Shown here: in pieces, positions 1 to 10,639 of the stretch
Numbering within the stretch: the stretch's first letter is position 1
Layout of the letters: each line of letters starts with the position of its first letter
Assembly: GCA_029974275.1 (NCBI GenBank)
Contig: JARKSN010000254.1
Span: forward strand, 1 to 31,029
Reading direction: 5' to 3'
Origin: Candidatus Hydrogenedentota bacterium
GTDB taxonomy: Bacteria > Hydrogenedentota > Hydrogenedentia > Hydrogenedentales > SLHB01
Length of the DNA: 31,029 nt
Translations under genes and position numbers: made by a program
The notes under the pieces: generated by a model
The model's input: the letters and a program-made list of their open reading frames with translations, nothing else
What the model was told of the DNA's origin: nothing
Databases searched by the model: none

Positions 1-1197
1 GGCGGAGTCATCTCGCCGGGCGGCGTGGGGTACGACATCAACTGCGGCGTGCGACTCATGACCACGCAGCTCTCGTTTGCGGACATCGCGCCCCGTCTGC
101 GTGAAACCGTCAATGCGCTGTATCGCGATATCCCGGCGGGCATCGGGTCGAGCGGGGCGATACCGAATCTTGGCGAGAGGGATCTGCGGGCGGTGCTGGA
201 GAAGGGGGCGCGCTGGGCCGTCGAGGCGGGCTACGGTTCCGTTGGCGATCTCGACACCACCGAAGAGAACGGCTGCATGACCGGCGCGGATTCTGCGGCG
301 GTATCATCGCGCGCAATGTCGCGCGGCGCGGATCAACTTGGGACGCTTGGTTCGGGCAACCATTTTGTCGAGTTGGGCGTGGTCGAGCGCGTGCTTGATG
401 AGCGCGTCGCGAACGTTTTCGGCTTGTTCGAGGGCCAGGTCACGCTGATGATCCACAGCGGCAGTCGTGGCCTTGGCTATCAGGTGTGCGACGATTTTCT
501 CGACATCATGGTGCGCGCCGCCGCGAAGTACGGCATCCGTCTGCCCGACAAGCAGCTCTGCTGCGCGCCGGTGCATGCCGAGGAAGGGCGCGAGTATCTG
601 GCGGCAATGGCGTCGGCGGCGAATTTTGCGTGGGCGAATCGTCAAATCATGATGGAACTCGCGCGGCGCTCGCTGCAGCATGCGCTGAAGGTTTCGCCGC
701 GTGAACTCGGCGGACGTCTGCTGTATGACGTCTGCCACAACATCGCGAAGTTCGAGATGCACGAGGTTGGCGGGGTGCGCAAGCGGTTGTGCGTCCACCG
801 CAAAGGCGCGACGCGCGCGTTTCCGGCGGGGCATCCCGATGTGCCTGCGGTCTATCGCGCCGTCGGACAACCCGTGCTCGTTCCGGGCGACATGGGGACG
901 GGATCCTACGTTTGCGTCGGCGCCGAATCGGCGATGAAGGCGACCTTTGGCAGTTCTTGTCACGGCGCGGGCCGCGTGCTTAGTCGCACGGCTGCCCGTA
1001 AATCGCAGGACGCAGGCAAGCTCCTCCGCGAGTTGGCTGATCATGGCATCACCGTCATGGCCCGCAGCAGGAACAGCCTAACCGAAGAAAGCCCGGAGGC
1101 GTATAAGGACATCGATGCCGTCGTCGAAGTCATTGAACGCGCCGGTCTTGCCCGTCGCGTCGTCCGGATCCGTCCCGTTGGCGTCGTGAAGGGATAG
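1..1197 (+). CDS. rtcB: RtcB family RNA ligase, 5'-truncated by window edge
   Basis: Frame open from base 1 (GGVISPGGVGYDINCGVR); motifs GTLGSGNHF, HSGSRG, HNIAK, HRKGAT, SCHGAGR, EESPEAYKD; ends VVKG*. Confidence 0.96.
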   Translation, partial: GGVISPGGVGYDINCGVRLMTTQLSFADIAPRLRETVNALYRDIPAGIGSSGAIPNLGERDLRAVLEKGARWAVEAGYGSVGDLDTTEENGCMTGADSAAVSSRAMSRGADQLGTLGSGNHFVELGVVERVLDERVANVFGLFEGQVTLMIHSGSRGLGYQVCDDFLDIMVRAAAKYGIRLPDKQLCCAPVHAEEGREYLAAMASAANFAWANRQIMMELARRSLQHALKVSPRELGGRLLYDVCHNIAKFEMHEVGGVRKRLCVHRKGATRAFPAGHPDVPAVYRAVGQPVLVPGDMGTGSYVCVGAESAMKATFGSSCHGAGRVLSRTAARKSQDAGKLLRELADHGITVMARSRNSLTEESPEAYKDIDAVVEVIERAGLARRVVRIRPVGVVKG

Positions 1198-1406
1198 AGG
1201 GAAATCGAGCGCCTTTGAAGCGGGCGATTCGGCGTTCTCTCCCAATTCATAGGCGCGCGGGAATGATGCGTTTCGATTCGACCTGAAAGACCGCGAGGAG
1301 TATTATGGCGACGCGAGAGAAAAGGGAGGTTTTGTCCAAAGTGCGTTGCGGCCGATAGCCCATCGCGAAGGGGATTTTCAGGGCCGACATAGGGGAGGGC
1401 AATGAC

Positions 1407-2021
1407 ATGACCGCCACATCCGGGTCCGTACAATTCGATTTTGGGGCGTTGTTGAAGCAGGCGTGGCAGTTGTTCGTCGCGAATGCGGGGCTGCTGCTGG
1501 GCGCTTATGTTTTGCTCGGTCTCATTGGGGTGATTGCGGGATCGTTGAGCATGCAGCTTGCGAACCTTGTTTTGGCGGGGCCGTTTTCCTTGGGTTTGGC
1601 TACGATTTGCCTGAAAACGGCGCGCGGCCAGCAGGTTGAATTCGCGGAAGCGTTTTCAGGGTTTCAGCGTTTCCCGCCGGCGTTCATGGCGAACCTATTG
1701 ATGCTCGTTTTCACGACAATAGGCCTCGTTTTGTTCATTCTCCCCGGCATTTTCGTGATGATCATTTATATGTTTACCTATTTTTGTATGTGTGCCGAAA
1801 ATCTGGATTTTTGGCCCGCCATGGAACGTAGCCGGACCATGGTGATGGCGAACATCGGGCCATTCATTCTCTTGTTTTTCATCGTCATAGCGATAGGCGC
1901 GATCGCTTGTGGAATTGGTCTTTTCGTGTCGTTGCCGGTTACGGTGCTGCTGATCGCCCTGGTCTACGACCAAGCGGCTAGCGCAAGTTCTTTCGTTTCC
2001 TCCGATTCCGCATCCGCGTAG
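1407..2021 (+). CDS. Integral membrane protein (DUF975/YciC-like)
   Basis: 204 aa with several hydrophobic segments; GGAGG RBS upstream; AMERSRTMV resembles the A..rS...m motif of this family. Confidence 0.6.
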   Translation: MTATSGSVQFDFGALLKQAWQLFVANAGLLLGAYVLLGLIGVIAGSLSMQLANLVLAGPFSLGLATICLKTARGQQVEFAEAFSGFQRFPPAFMANLLMLVFTTIGLVLFILPGIFVMIIYMFTYFCMCAENLDFWPAMERSRTMVMANIGPFILLFFIVIAIGAIACGIGLFVSLPVTVLLIALVYDQAASASSFVSSDSASA

Positions 2022-2065
2022 GTCCGCGATCAGCGCGGGCTTGTTTTGCGCCGTGGCTCGTCGAT

Positions 2066-2095
2066 TTGACAGGGCATGCGTCGGGATGGCACAGT
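2066..2095 (+). promoter_or_regulatory. Putative sigma70 promoter for the riboswitch-gcv transcript
   Basis: Perfect TTGACA at 2066-2071; weak extended -10 TGgCACAGT at 2087-2095; aptamer starts about 14 nt downstream. Confidence 0.4.
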
Positions 2096-2108
2096 ACTGC
2101 GCATGCCG

Positions 2109-2186
2109 GGCTCGTTGCTACTGGCGATGTGACGTGGAAGTGACCACGGGGAAGCAACGAGCCGTCGCTCGCCGTTCGCCTGGGCA
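2109..2186 (+). ncRNA. ZMP/ZTP riboswitch (pfl motif)
   Basis: P1 GGCTCGTTGCT(2109-2119)/AGCAACGAGCC(2153-2163); conserved ACTGGCG; P2 CGTGG/CCACG then GGGA; 3' module GCCGTTCGCCTGGGCA whose TCGCC (2176-2180) can pseudoknot with GGCGA (2123-2127); lies in 5' UTR of one-carbon metabolism genes. Confidence 0.9.
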
Positions 2187-2254
2187 CACAAAGGGTTTTT
2201 TGTCCCTTTGGGGGCTGTCAGGTCCCGCAAAGACCTTCTCGGAGAGCGATCCGC

Positions 2255-3319
2255 ATGCGACGCACCCCCCTCTATGACGAGCACGTGGCAAACGGCGCCA
2301 AAGTCGTGGATTTCCACGGTTGGCTTTTGCCCATCCAATATGCCGGAATTCTCGAGGAACACGCGCATACCCGTTCCCGCGTCAGTTTGTTTGACTGTTC
2401 GCATATGGGCGAGTTTATCCTGAAAGGCCATGGCTCCATCCGTGCGTTTGATCGGCTTGTATGCATGGACGCGGCGGGCTTGCCGGTCGGCCGTTGCCGT
2501 TACGGAGCCCTGTTGAATGAGGCGGGGCGAATCGTCGACGACGTGATTGCCTTGCGCCTTGACGAGGACCTTCTATACGTCGTCACCAACGCGGGCGCAT
2601 TGGACGCGGTCCGTGCGCGCATCCTCGAGCATGCGCCCGATGCGCGCGATGTCTCGGAAAGCACGGCGAAGATCGATGTGCAAGGCCCGGGGGCGTGCGA
2701 GGCGCTTATGGCGGCGGGCATCTCCGCCGCGCGCGATTTGCGTTATTTCGCCGTCTGTCGTACAACATGGGAGGGCGCGGAGGTGATTGTCACGCGCGCC
2801 GGGTATACGGGCGAGCGGGGGTATGAGCTCTATCTTCCGCCGGAGCTTGCGCCAAAGGCATGGCGCGCGCTGATCGCCGTGCCCGGAACGGCTCCAGCGG
2901 GACTGGGCGCGCGGGATACGTTGCGCACCGAAATGGGGTATCCTTTATCGGGCCAGGACGTGGATGAGTCGCGCACCCCGTTGGAAGCGCGGATGGACCG
3001 GTTCATCGCGTGGAACAAAGAATTTGTTGGACGCGAGGCGCTGGTGGAATTGAAGCGTCGAGGAGGCTACCCTGTTTTGACGGCGATTCGCACGCGCGAT
3101 CGGAGGGCCCCCCGGCACGGATTCGAGGCGTATGCGGATGGCGTTGCCGTTGGGACCGTGACCAGTGGCGTTTTTGGGCCCAGCGTCGGCTATGGCATCG
3201 GGCTGGCGTATTTGCCGGACGCGTTGCCGCCGGAAAGCATCTTGACGGCGGGGCCGCGCAGCATTGAAATTGAAGTGAGCGAATTGCCGTTTTATCGTCA
3301 GGGCTCTTGCAGGGATTGA
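2255..3319 (+). CDS. gcvT: Glycine cleavage system aminomethyltransferase T
   Basis: RRTPLYDEH, LFDCSHMGE, RAGYTGERGYE, GLGARDTLRTEMGYPLSG motifs; operon context. Confidence 0.96.
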   Translation: MRRTPLYDEHVANGAKVVDFHGWLLPIQYAGILEEHAHTRSRVSLFDCSHMGEFILKGHGSIRAFDRLVCMDAAGLPVGRCRYGALLNEAGRIVDDVIALRLDEDLLYVVTNAGALDAVRARILEHAPDARDVSESTAKIDVQGPGACEALMAAGISAARDLRYFAVCRTTWEGAEVIVTRAGYTGERGYELYLPPELAPKAWRALIAVPGTAPAGLGARDTLRTEMGYPLSGQDVDESRTPLEARMDRFIAWNKEFVGREALVELKRRGGYPVLTAIRTRDRRAPRHGFEAYADGVAVGTVTSGVFGPSVGYGIGLAYLPDALPPESILTAGPRSIEIEVSELPFYRQGSCRD

Positions 3320-3383
3320 CGTCAATGGCGGAGGTTCGCGAAACGCGAAGACAAGCAGGCTCTTCACAGCGGGAGTGGCGACC

Positions 3384-3773
3384 ATGGAATTTCCAGACGA
3401 CCTGAGGTACACCAAAGACCACGAGTGGATTCGCGACGACGGAAACGTGTACACCGTCGGCATCACGGCCTACGCGGCCGAGCAACTCGGCGACATCACC
3501 TATGTCGAACTGCCGGAAGTGGGCACGCACGTCAAACAAGGCGCGCACGCCGCCACGGTCGAGTCCGTCAAGGCGGCCAGCGACGTTTACTCGCCGGTGG
3601 CCGGACACATCGCGGAGATCAACGAGGAACTCGAAGCGCGCCCGGAGCTTGTGAACGAGAGCCCCTACGACAATGGCTGGTTCTTCCGGCTTGACGATGT
3701 CGAGTCCGTTCAACTGCGCCGGTTGATGGACGCGGCGGCCTACCGGGTCTATGTCGAGGAGCTTACCGCATGA
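3384..3773 (+). CDS. gcvH: Glycine cleavage system H protein
   Basis: YTKDHEW, lipoyl-lysine motif VESVKAASDVYSP, NESPYDNGW; ATG 3384 follows GGGAG (GTG 3375 is an alternative start). Confidence 0.96.
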   Translation: MEFPDDLRYTKDHEWIRDDGNVYTVGITAYAAEQLGDITYVELPEVGTHVKQGAHAATVESVKAASDVYSPVAGHIAEINEELEARPELVNESPYDNGWFFRLDDVESVQLRRLMDAAAYRVYVEELTA

Positions 3774-5056
3774 CGTGGAGTCCCGCGACGGACGCCGAAA
3801 CGCGCGAGATGCTGGCAGCGATCGGGGTTGGATCGATAGACGAGTTGTTTGCGCACATCCCGGCTGGATTGCGCGTCGCCTCGTGGGACCTGCCCGCGGG
3901 GTTGTCCGAGATGGCCGTCCGCGATCGGCTGGCGCGCTTGGCGTCGCACAACAACGTTTGCCTGGTGAATTTCATGGGCGGCGGGGTGTACGACCACTTC
4001 GTTCCGGCGGCCGTGGACGCGCTGACTTCGCGCAGCGAATTCTACACCGCGTACACGCCATACCAACCCGAGTGTTCGCAGGGAACGCTACAAGCCATTT
4101 ACGAGTATCAATCGGCGATCTGCCGTCTGACGGGCATGGACTTCGCCAACGCGTCGCTTTACGACGGGAGCACGGCGGTGTTCGAGGCGACGACGATGGC
4201 GGTTCGCATCACGGGCCGGTCGCGCGTCGTGCATCACTCCTCGCTGAACCCGATTCATCGGCAAGTGGCCGAGACGCACGCCGCCAACCTCGGTCTCGAT
4301 ATCGTCGAAGGCGACGACCCAACGGATGCTGCATGCGTAGTTGTGCAGTTGCCTAGTTTTATTGGAACTCTTGCCGACTACTCTTGCTTGGCGCAGCGGT
4401 GCCACGATGCGGGCGCGCTGTTGGTGGCGAGTTTCTATCCTGTCGCGCTGGGCATTGTGAAGACTCCGGGCGAGATGGGCGCGGATATTGCCGTGGCCGA
4501 GGGACAAAGCCTGGGCATTCCCGCCGGATTCGGAGGCCCTTATCTAGGCGTGCTCGCGACGCGCAAGGCGCATGTCCGCAAAATGCCGGGACGCTTGGCC
4601 GCCGCCACGCAAGATGCACAAGGCCGGCGCGGTTTCGTGCTCACGCTTCAGGCGCGCGAACAACACATCCGCCGCGAAAAGGCCATGTCGAATATTTGCT
4701 CGAACGAAGCGCTCTGCGCCTTGCGCGCGCTGGTCCATATGTGTCTGCTCGGCAAAGAAGGGATCCGAGAGCTGGCGGTGCAGTGCCATAGCAAGGCGGA
4801 GTACCTGAAGTCGCGGCTTGGCTTTGCGGCGCTCCTGAACGACGGGCCGACGTTCAACGAATTCGCGCTTCGCTTGCCGAGGAATGCACAGGACGTTGTC
4901 GCACGCATGGCCGCGCGCGGTTTCCTGGCGGGCCTTCCGCTTGAACCATTGGGCGTTGGCGGGCCGAACGACCTGCTCGTCGCGGTCACCGAAAGACGGA
5001 CGCGTCAAGAACTCGACGCATACGCGCAAGCGTTGAAGGACACGGCATGCAGCTAA
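3770..5056 (+). CDS. gcvPA: Glycine dehydrogenase subunit 1
   Basis: EFYTAYTPYQPECSQGTLQ, NASLYDG, LQAREQHIRREKA; ATGA overlap with gcvH. Confidence 0.96.
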   Translation: MTWSPATDAETREMLAAIGVGSIDELFAHIPAGLRVASWDLPAGLSEMAVRDRLARLASHNNVCLVNFMGGGVYDHFVPAAVDALTSRSEFYTAYTPYQPECSQGTLQAIYEYQSAICRLTGMDFANASLYDGSTAVFEATTMAVRITGRSRVVHHSSLNPIHRQVAETHAANLGLDIVEGDDPTDAACVVVQLPSFIGTLADYSCLAQRCHDAGALLVASFYPVALGIVKTPGEMGADIAVAEGQSLGIPAGFGGPYLGVLATRKAHVRKMPGRLAAATQDAQGRRGFVLTLQAREQHIRREKAMSNICSNEALCALRALVHMCLLGKEGIRELAVQCHSKAEYLKSRLGFAALLNDGPTFNEFALRLPRNAQDVVARMAARGFLAGLPLEPLGVGGPNDLLVAVTERRTRQELDAYAQALKDTACS

Positions 5057-6486
5057 TCTATGAGAAATCGCGTCCAGGCCGCAGGGGCGTTGCTTTTGAT
5101 CCCCTTGATGTCCCGGAAGCGGCGCTGCCGCCGGAACTGTGCCGCGAAACATCCGCCGCATTGCCGGAGGTGAGCGAGTTGGACGTTGTGCGTCATTTCA
5201 CCAATCTGTCGCGTCGCAATTTTGGCGTCGATTCGCATTTCTATCCGCTCGGGTCGTGCACGATGAAATACAACCCGAAAATGGCCGAGGCCGTGGCTGC
5301 CTATTCCGGCTTCTCGGAATTGCACCCCCACGTCGCCTCGTCGCGCGCGCTGCACCCGTTGTGCCAAGGAGCCTTCGAGGTCGTCTACGAGTTGGAACGT
5401 TTTCTTGCGGAAATTGGCGGCATGCGCGAGGTCAGCCTGCAACCCATCGCGGGCGCGCACGGCGAACTCGCGGGCACGTTGATGATGGCGGCCTATCACC
5501 GCGCCCGCGGCAACGCGAAAAAAAAGGACACGATCCTCGTGCCCGATTCCGCGCACGGCACGAATCCCGCCAGCGCCGCCATCGCTGGATTCAACGTTGT
5601 GGAAGTGGCGAGCGGACCCGACGGGACGCTCGATGTCGAAGCGTTCAAACGCGCGCTCACGGACTCGGTCGCGGGCGTGATGCTCACGTGTCCCAATACG
5701 CACGGATTGTTCGAGCCCGCCGTGAAAGAAGTCGCGGAGTTGACCCACAGCGCCGACGCGCTGATGTACTACGACGGCGCGAATCTGAATGCCATCATCG
5801 GCCAAGCGCGTCCCGGCGATTTGGGGTTCGACGTCATGCATTTCAATTTGCACAAAACCTTCGCGACGCCGCACGGCATGGGAGGCCCGGGTTCGGGCCC
5901 GGTCGGCGTGGGCGCGCGATTGGTTCCGTTCCTGCCCGGTCCGCGCGTCGTGCAGGAGGGAGACCTCTACACGCTTGCAACGCCGGAACAATCCATCGGA
6001 CGCGTATCGGCGTTCTTCGGCAATTTCATGATCGCGCTCCGGGCGTATGCGTACATCCTTCATCTCGGCGGCGAGGGACTCAAGAAAGTTTCCGAGAATG
6101 CCGTTCTCAACGCAAACTACATCTATGCGCGATTGAAGGATGCATACGATCGCGCGTTCGACGGACGCTTTATGCACGAATGCGTCTTCTCCGCATCGGC
6201 ACAGGCGCGCGACGGCGTTCATGCGATCGACATCGCAAAGGCCCTCCTCGATCATGGATTTCACGCGCCGACCGTTTATTTCCCGCTTACGGTGAAAGAA
6301 GCCCTCATGATCGAGCCCACGGAAACAGAGTCCAAGGAGACGCTGGATGCATTTTGCGACGCCATGCTGGCAATAGCCGCGCGCGCGGCCACTGACCCGC
6401 AGAGTTTCCATGATGCCCCCGCGACAACGCCCGTGGGACGTCTCGACGAAGTGTATGCCGCGCGACGGCTCGATTGCGCGTGTTGA
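5047..6486 (+). CDS. gcvPB: Glycine dehydrogenase subunit 2
   Basis: YPLGSCTMKYNP, SAHGTNPASA, PLP-lysine motif HFNLHKTFATPHG, IEPTETES. Confidence 0.96.
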   Translation: MQLIYEKSRPGRRGVAFDPLDVPEAALPPELCRETSAALPEVSELDVVRHFTNLSRRNFGVDSHFYPLGSCTMKYNPKMAEAVAAYSGFSELHPHVASSRALHPLCQGAFEVVYELERFLAEIGGMREVSLQPIAGAHGELAGTLMMAAYHRARGNAKKKDTILVPDSAHGTNPASAAIAGFNVVEVASGPDGTLDVEAFKRALTDSVAGVMLTCPNTHGLFEPAVKEVAELTHSADALMYYDGANLNAIIGQARPGDLGFDVMHFNLHKTFATPHGMGGPGSGPVGVGARLVPFLPGPRVVQEGDLYTLATPEQSIGRVSAFFGNFMIALRAYAYILHLGGEGLKKVSENAVLNANYIYARLKDAYDRAFDGRFMHECVFSASAQARDGVHAIDIAKALLDHGFHAPTVYFPLTVKEALMIEPTETESKETLDAFCDAMLAIAARAATDPQSFHDAPATTPVGRLDEVYAARRLDCAC

Positions 6487-6554
6487 GCGGATAACGAACG
6501 GGAGGCCTCGATTTTCCCGCTGCATGGCAGCCGCGATCCCGTACAGGAGATAGC

Positions 6555-7889
6555 ATGGACTCGGATTCTCCTTCCAGCGCCGACGCGTTGCGCGCGAAGA
6601 TTTTGGAGATGGTGCGCGCATTCAGCGCGGAGAATTGGCCCAAACGCGAGTTTACGCCGGGTAAGGACCCAGTGCCTGTAAGCGGACGCGTGTTCGATTA
6701 TGACGACGTTATGACGCTCGTTGATTCGTCGCTCGATTTCTGGTTGACGACGGGGCGTTTTGCGGCGCGGTTTCAGCACGATTTTGCGCACTTCATCGGG
6801 TGCAAGCATGTGTTGCTCGTGAACTCCGGCTCAAGCGCGAATCTGTTGGCGATATCGTGTCTCACGTCGGAAACGCTCGGCGAACGACGTCTCGCGCCCG
6901 GCGACGAGGTGATCACGGTCGCTGCGGGTTTCCCGACGACGGTCAATCCCATTATCCAAAACCGCCTCACGCCGGTTTTCGTCGATGTCCACGTGCCCAC
7001 CTACAACGCCGACGTGACGCAACTCGAAGCGGCGCTAAGCGAACGCACCAAGGCGATCATCTTCGCGCACACGCTGGGCAATCCCTTCGACGTCACGACG
7101 GTCAAAAGGTTCGCGAAGAAGCACCATCTCTGGCTGATCGAGGACTGTTGCGATGCGGTTGGCGCGACGTTCCACGACAAGAACTGCGGCACGTTTGGCG
7201 ATGTAGCGACCGTGAGCTTCTATCCGGCGCATCACATCACGATGGGCGAGGGCGGCGCGGTGATGTGCGGCGACAAACAGATCAAAAAACTCGCCGAGTC
7301 CTTCCGCGATTGGGGCCGCGATTGCTGGTGCAAACCGGGTCGCGACAACACGTGCCGCAAACGTTTCGACTGGCAGTTGGGCGAGTTGCCGTACGGATAC
7401 GATCACAAATACACCTACTCGGAAATCGGCTACAACCTGAAGCTCAGCGATATGCAGGCTGCCGTCGGCGTTGCGCAGCTCCGTAAACTGCCTCGGTTCA
7501 TCGAGACGCGCAAACGCAACTTCGCGCATCTGCGGACAGGGCTTGGCGACTTGCAAGCGCATTTGCTTCTGCCCGAGGCCACGCCGGGCAGCGACCCGAG
7601 TTGGTTTGGGTTTCCGATTGCCGTGCGGCCCGAGGCGGCCTTCACGCGCGACGCGCTCGTGCGCCATCTCGAATCGAAGAAGATTGGCACGCGTCTGTTG
7701 TTCGGCGGCAATCTCGTGCGCCAGCCCGCATACAGGAACGTGCCGCACCGCGTCGTGGGCGAACTCGCGAACTCCGATTTCGTGATGAACCAGGTCTTCT
7801 GGATCGGCGTGTACCCCGGCCTCACGACCAAACACCTCGATTTCGTCATCGACACCGTGCATGCCTTCTGCAAAAAGCGCGCGGGGTGA
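6555..7889 (+). CDS. rfbH: CDP-6-deoxy-4-keto-hexose 3-dehydratase (RfbH/DdhC type)
   Basis: DegT/DnrJ fold with His replacing the PLP Lys ([14 protein letters not shown]); Fe-S Cys motif [30 protein letters not shown]. Confidence 0.92.
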   Translation: MDSDSPSSADALRAKILEMVRAFSAENWPKREFTPGKDPVPVSGRVFDYDDVMTLVDSSLDFWLTTGRFAARFQHDFAHFIGCKHVLLVNSGSSANLLAISCLTSETLGERRLAPGDEVITVAAGFPTTVNPIIQNRLTPVFVDVHVPTYNADVTQLEAALSERTKAIIFAHTLGNPFDVTTVKRFAKKHHLWLIEDCCDAVGATFHDKNCGTFGDVATVSFYPAHHITMGEGGAVMCGDKQIKKLAESFRDWGRDCWCKPGRDNTCRKRFDWQLGELPYGYDHKYTYSEIGYNLKLSDMQAAVGVAQLRKLPRFIETRKRNFAHLRTGLGDLQAHLLLPEATPGSDPSWFGFPIAVRPEAAFTRDALVRHLESKKIGTRLLFGGNLVRQPAYRNVPHRVVGELANSDFVMNQVFWIGVYPGLTTKHLDFVIDTVHAFCKKRAG

Positions 7890-10633
7890 CGACGTTGCGG
7901 GCGCGCCTTGTGACAAACGCCTTGCGCGGTTGCTTTGACCGGTTGCGCCAACGTTTGACAGATGATTTCCGGCGTCCCCCCGCGTCCGTTTGGCACACGG
8001 CAACGGCCGCACTGGCGGCGTTTTTTCTAGCGGCTTTTGTGCTGCTGGCCTTGGGCGAATCGCTCGATCGATGCGTCCATCTGAACGTTCCGCTCGACGA
8101 ACTCAACAGACTTGCCGCACAATTCACCTCGGAGTCTGCGCTTGCGCCGGAACCGCAAGAACGTTTTTTGTTTATTGCACTGACACTTGCGTCTCCGTTT
8201 GTGGTATGGCTTGCGCTCTGGCTTGTTGCCCGGACTGCGCCTGCTTGGGCAACTATGCAAAAAACGACGCTCGCGATGGAGTCCGCGCTGCCTATAGCCG
8301 CTCTTCTGGCCTTGTTCTATTTCATGCACGACCCGGCTCCGTTAGACAAGGTGTTTGCCTTTGTCATGGAGAGGCCTTTTCTTCAGGAGGCCCTTTTTGT
8401 CACCTCTCTGGCGTTTGCGGCGCACGCATCCCTCGCATCGGCAAGAGGCGCATCGACGCCCCCAAACACCGTCGGCCGCCGGATCGTGTGGCGGACCTTT
8501 CTCGCGCTGACGATTTTCTTTCCCGTGGCCTCGTTTCGTGTGGCGAGCCTCGCCAGCGTGAGCGAGGATAGTCCGCGCTGGTACTCGCATTTCGAGGCCG
8601 TTTTCTATAGCGTCGCGCAGGCTGCGACCGGCAAGACGTTGCTCGCGGACCTGCCCGCGCAATACGGTCTCTACGGCGAATTCCTGGCGCCATGGTTTCA
8701 TCTGATTGGCCTCTCCGTGTTCACCTTCACCTCCACCATGACCGCGATCGCACTGATCGGAACGCTTTCGCTGTACGGCGTGATGCAGCGTTTGGTTCGG
8801 ACGCGACGTATCCTGGGGTTGTGGCTTTTCGCCATCGCGCAGATGGCCGTCTGGGGACTTCAAGCGATCGACGTTGCCGAGTGGAACCTCGCGGACCCTT
8901 ACTACCAATACATTCCCATTCGCTTTCTTTTTCCCGCTGCGGGGGGGTGGCTTTTCCTGTGGTTCACGCGCCGTCCCACGGCCAAGCGGGCGGCGGCGAT
9001 GGGCTTGCTATGCGGCCTGGCGCTGGCGTGGAACATGGACAGCGGCATCGCTGTAACCGGCGCTTTTTTTGTGACCCTTGCGGCCGTCGCAGTTCTGTGC
9101 CGGCGCGGGAAAAGCCTGCGGGAGGCCGCACGCTGGGCTGCCATCGCAGCAACCGCCACGGTTCTCACGCTTGGCATGTTCGCGGGGTATCTGGCGTTTG
9201 AGTCGGGTGGACGCTTCCGTCTCGAATGGCTGACCCAATCCCAGCGCGTATTCTATATGGCTGGCGTGACGATGACCCCCATGCCCGCGCTGCCGAGCGC
9301 ATGGGGGGCGGTGGTGTGTGTCTATTTGTTGAGCGCGGCCGTGGGCGCGGAAGCTGTCCGGCGCGGCGGACGCAGCCCTGTGTGGCGCTTGTTGATCTTC
9401 CTGAGCGTGTTGGGCATGGGGTTGTTCACGTATTACCAAGGCCGTTCGGAGAGCGAAAATCTGGCGGCGGTTTCTTGGCCCGCAATCATGGCGCTGTTTT
9501 TGCTTACCGATCTCGTGTGGCGCGGCGTGCGCCTGCGGCAGATCAACGCCGCGTGGGCGGTGTCGGCGGCGCCCGGCCTGATGCTGGGGATGACGGCGGC
9601 GGCGTGCTATCTAGGCGACCTGCCGCATACCGCACGCATCGGCGCGCAACATTGGCGGCACGCCTTCGCGCACGCGCAAGGGCCGATCGTGGATAACATC
9701 GCTTTTATCAAAGCCGAGGCGCGTCCAGGCGAATCGTCCGCGATTCTCGCGCCGCACCAAGCCGTGTACATCGCGGAAAGCGGCGTCGCATGTGATCTTG
9801 CCGGGCCGGGCTTCACCGAACTCCAGTTGCGCGCGGATGCGGATGTGGTGACGCGACGTCTGCTGGAGCAGCCCGTGCGGCATTTCTTTCTCGGCACAAG
9901 CGCCAACTGGCCGACCGTATTCGGACCGGATTTCCAGTTGTGGATACGGCTGCTAGGACCAGAATTCAAACAGGTCTTCACCCGGTACACACTCGAATCC
10001 ATCAGCCCCTCGGGCACGCTGATGCATTGGGTTCCGATCGAATTCGCGCCGGAACCGTCTATGCCGGGCACGCACGACAGGACGGCCTCGCTTTTCGCCG
10101 ACACAAGCGACACGCAAGCCCATTATCGCTACGACACGCGCAACAAATGCTTTCGCGACGCAACGGGCCGGGAGTTTCCTTTTTTTCTCGGCAACCCTGT
10201 TGACGTTCGCGCCGCGTTTTCAGTGGAGGTTGTGCTGAAGCCGGAAGAAAGGCAGGTTCCCTTCGCCTATATCGTCGGCAATCGGATCGACGCCGAGGGC
10301 TTCGCAATGTTGCACGCCGAACGCGATCGCAACACCTATACGATGGGGCCCGCGCCGTTCACGCTCGCGCCCGGCGAATGGAGTTATGTCTGCGGCAGCG
10401 TGTCCGGCCGCGACGTGTGCGTATTCGTGAATGGCGCACTGGCCGCGCAGGGCGCCCTCGACGCGCCCGCCCCGCCAAGCGATCTTCCCGTCGCGATCGG
10501 CAACGGACACTTCGGCGATCGCCCATTCCACGGCACGATCCAGGAGGTCCGCATCCGTTCTTGCGTCATTACCGCCGAAGAATCCCAACAAACCTACCAA
10601 ACAATGCGCCGCGCCCTTCCTCGCTTGCCATGA
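7886..10633 (+). CDS. Large polytopic membrane protein (possibly GT-C-like) with C-terminal LamG/concanavalin-like domain
   Basis: GTG start overlaps the rfbH TGA (GTGA), about 915 aa; many TM segments; C-terminal [27 protein letters not shown] resembles LamG-like domains. Confidence 0.65.
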   Translation: MTTLRARLVTNALRGCFDRLRQRLTDDFRRPPASVWHTATAALAAFFLAAFVLLALGESLDRCVHLNVPLDELNRLAAQFTSESALAPEPQERFLFIALTLASPFVVWLALWLVARTAPAWATMQKTTLAMESALPIAALLALFYFMHDPAPLDKVFAFVMERPFLQEALFVTSLAFAAHASLASARGASTPPNTVGRRIVWRTFLALTIFFPVASFRVASLASVSEDSPRWYSHFEAVFYSVAQAATGKTLLADLPAQYGLYGEFLAPWFHLIGLSVFTFTSTMTAIALIGTLSLYGVMQRLVRTRRILGLWLFAIAQMAVWGLQAIDVAEWNLADPYYQYIPIRFLFPAAGGWLFLWFTRRPTAKRAAAMGLLCGLALAWNMDSGIAVTGAFFVTLAAVAVLCRRGKSLREAARWAAIAATATVLTLGMFAGYLAFESGGRFRLEWLTQSQRVFYMAGVTMTPMPALPSAWGAVVCVYLLSAAVGAEAVRRGGRSPVWRLLIFLSVLGMGLFTYYQGRSESENLAAVSWPAIMALFLLTDLVWRGVRLRQINAAWAVSAAPGLMLGMTAAACYLGDLPHTARIGAQHWRHAFAHAQGPIVDNIAFIKAEARPGESSAILAPHQAVYIAESGVACDLAGPGFTELQLRADADVVTRRLLEQPVRHFFLGTSANWPTVFGPDFQLWIRLLGPEFKQVFTRYTLESISPSGTLMHWVPIEFAPEPSMPGTHDRTASLFADTSDTQAHYRYDTRNKCFRDATGREFPFFLGNPVDVRAAFSVEVVLKPEERQVPFAYIVGNRIDAEGFAMLHAERDRNTYTMGPAPFTLAPGEWSYVCGSVSGRDVCVFVNGALAAQGALDAPAPPSDLPVAIGNGHFGDRPFHGTIQEVRIRSCVITAEESQQTYQTMRRALPRLP

Positions 10634-10639
10634 ATCGCT

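Noticed and set aside
1197..1245. Y RNA or tRNA-like ncRNA after rtcB
   Set aside because: Only an imperfect stem-loop is present; no cloverleaf and no rsr or rtcR in the window
2041..2254. Glycine riboswitch expected before gcvT
   Set aside because: The core glycine aptamer motifs (CGCCGAAG, CTCTCAGG) are absent; the sequence fits the pfl/ZTP motif instead
7601..7885. Upstream ORF-track extensions of several genes (starts at 7601, 11653, 13082, 18181, 25871, 29127)
   Set aside because: They overlap neighbouring genes or leaders; downstream starts have an RBS, stop-start coupling or a family-typical N terminus
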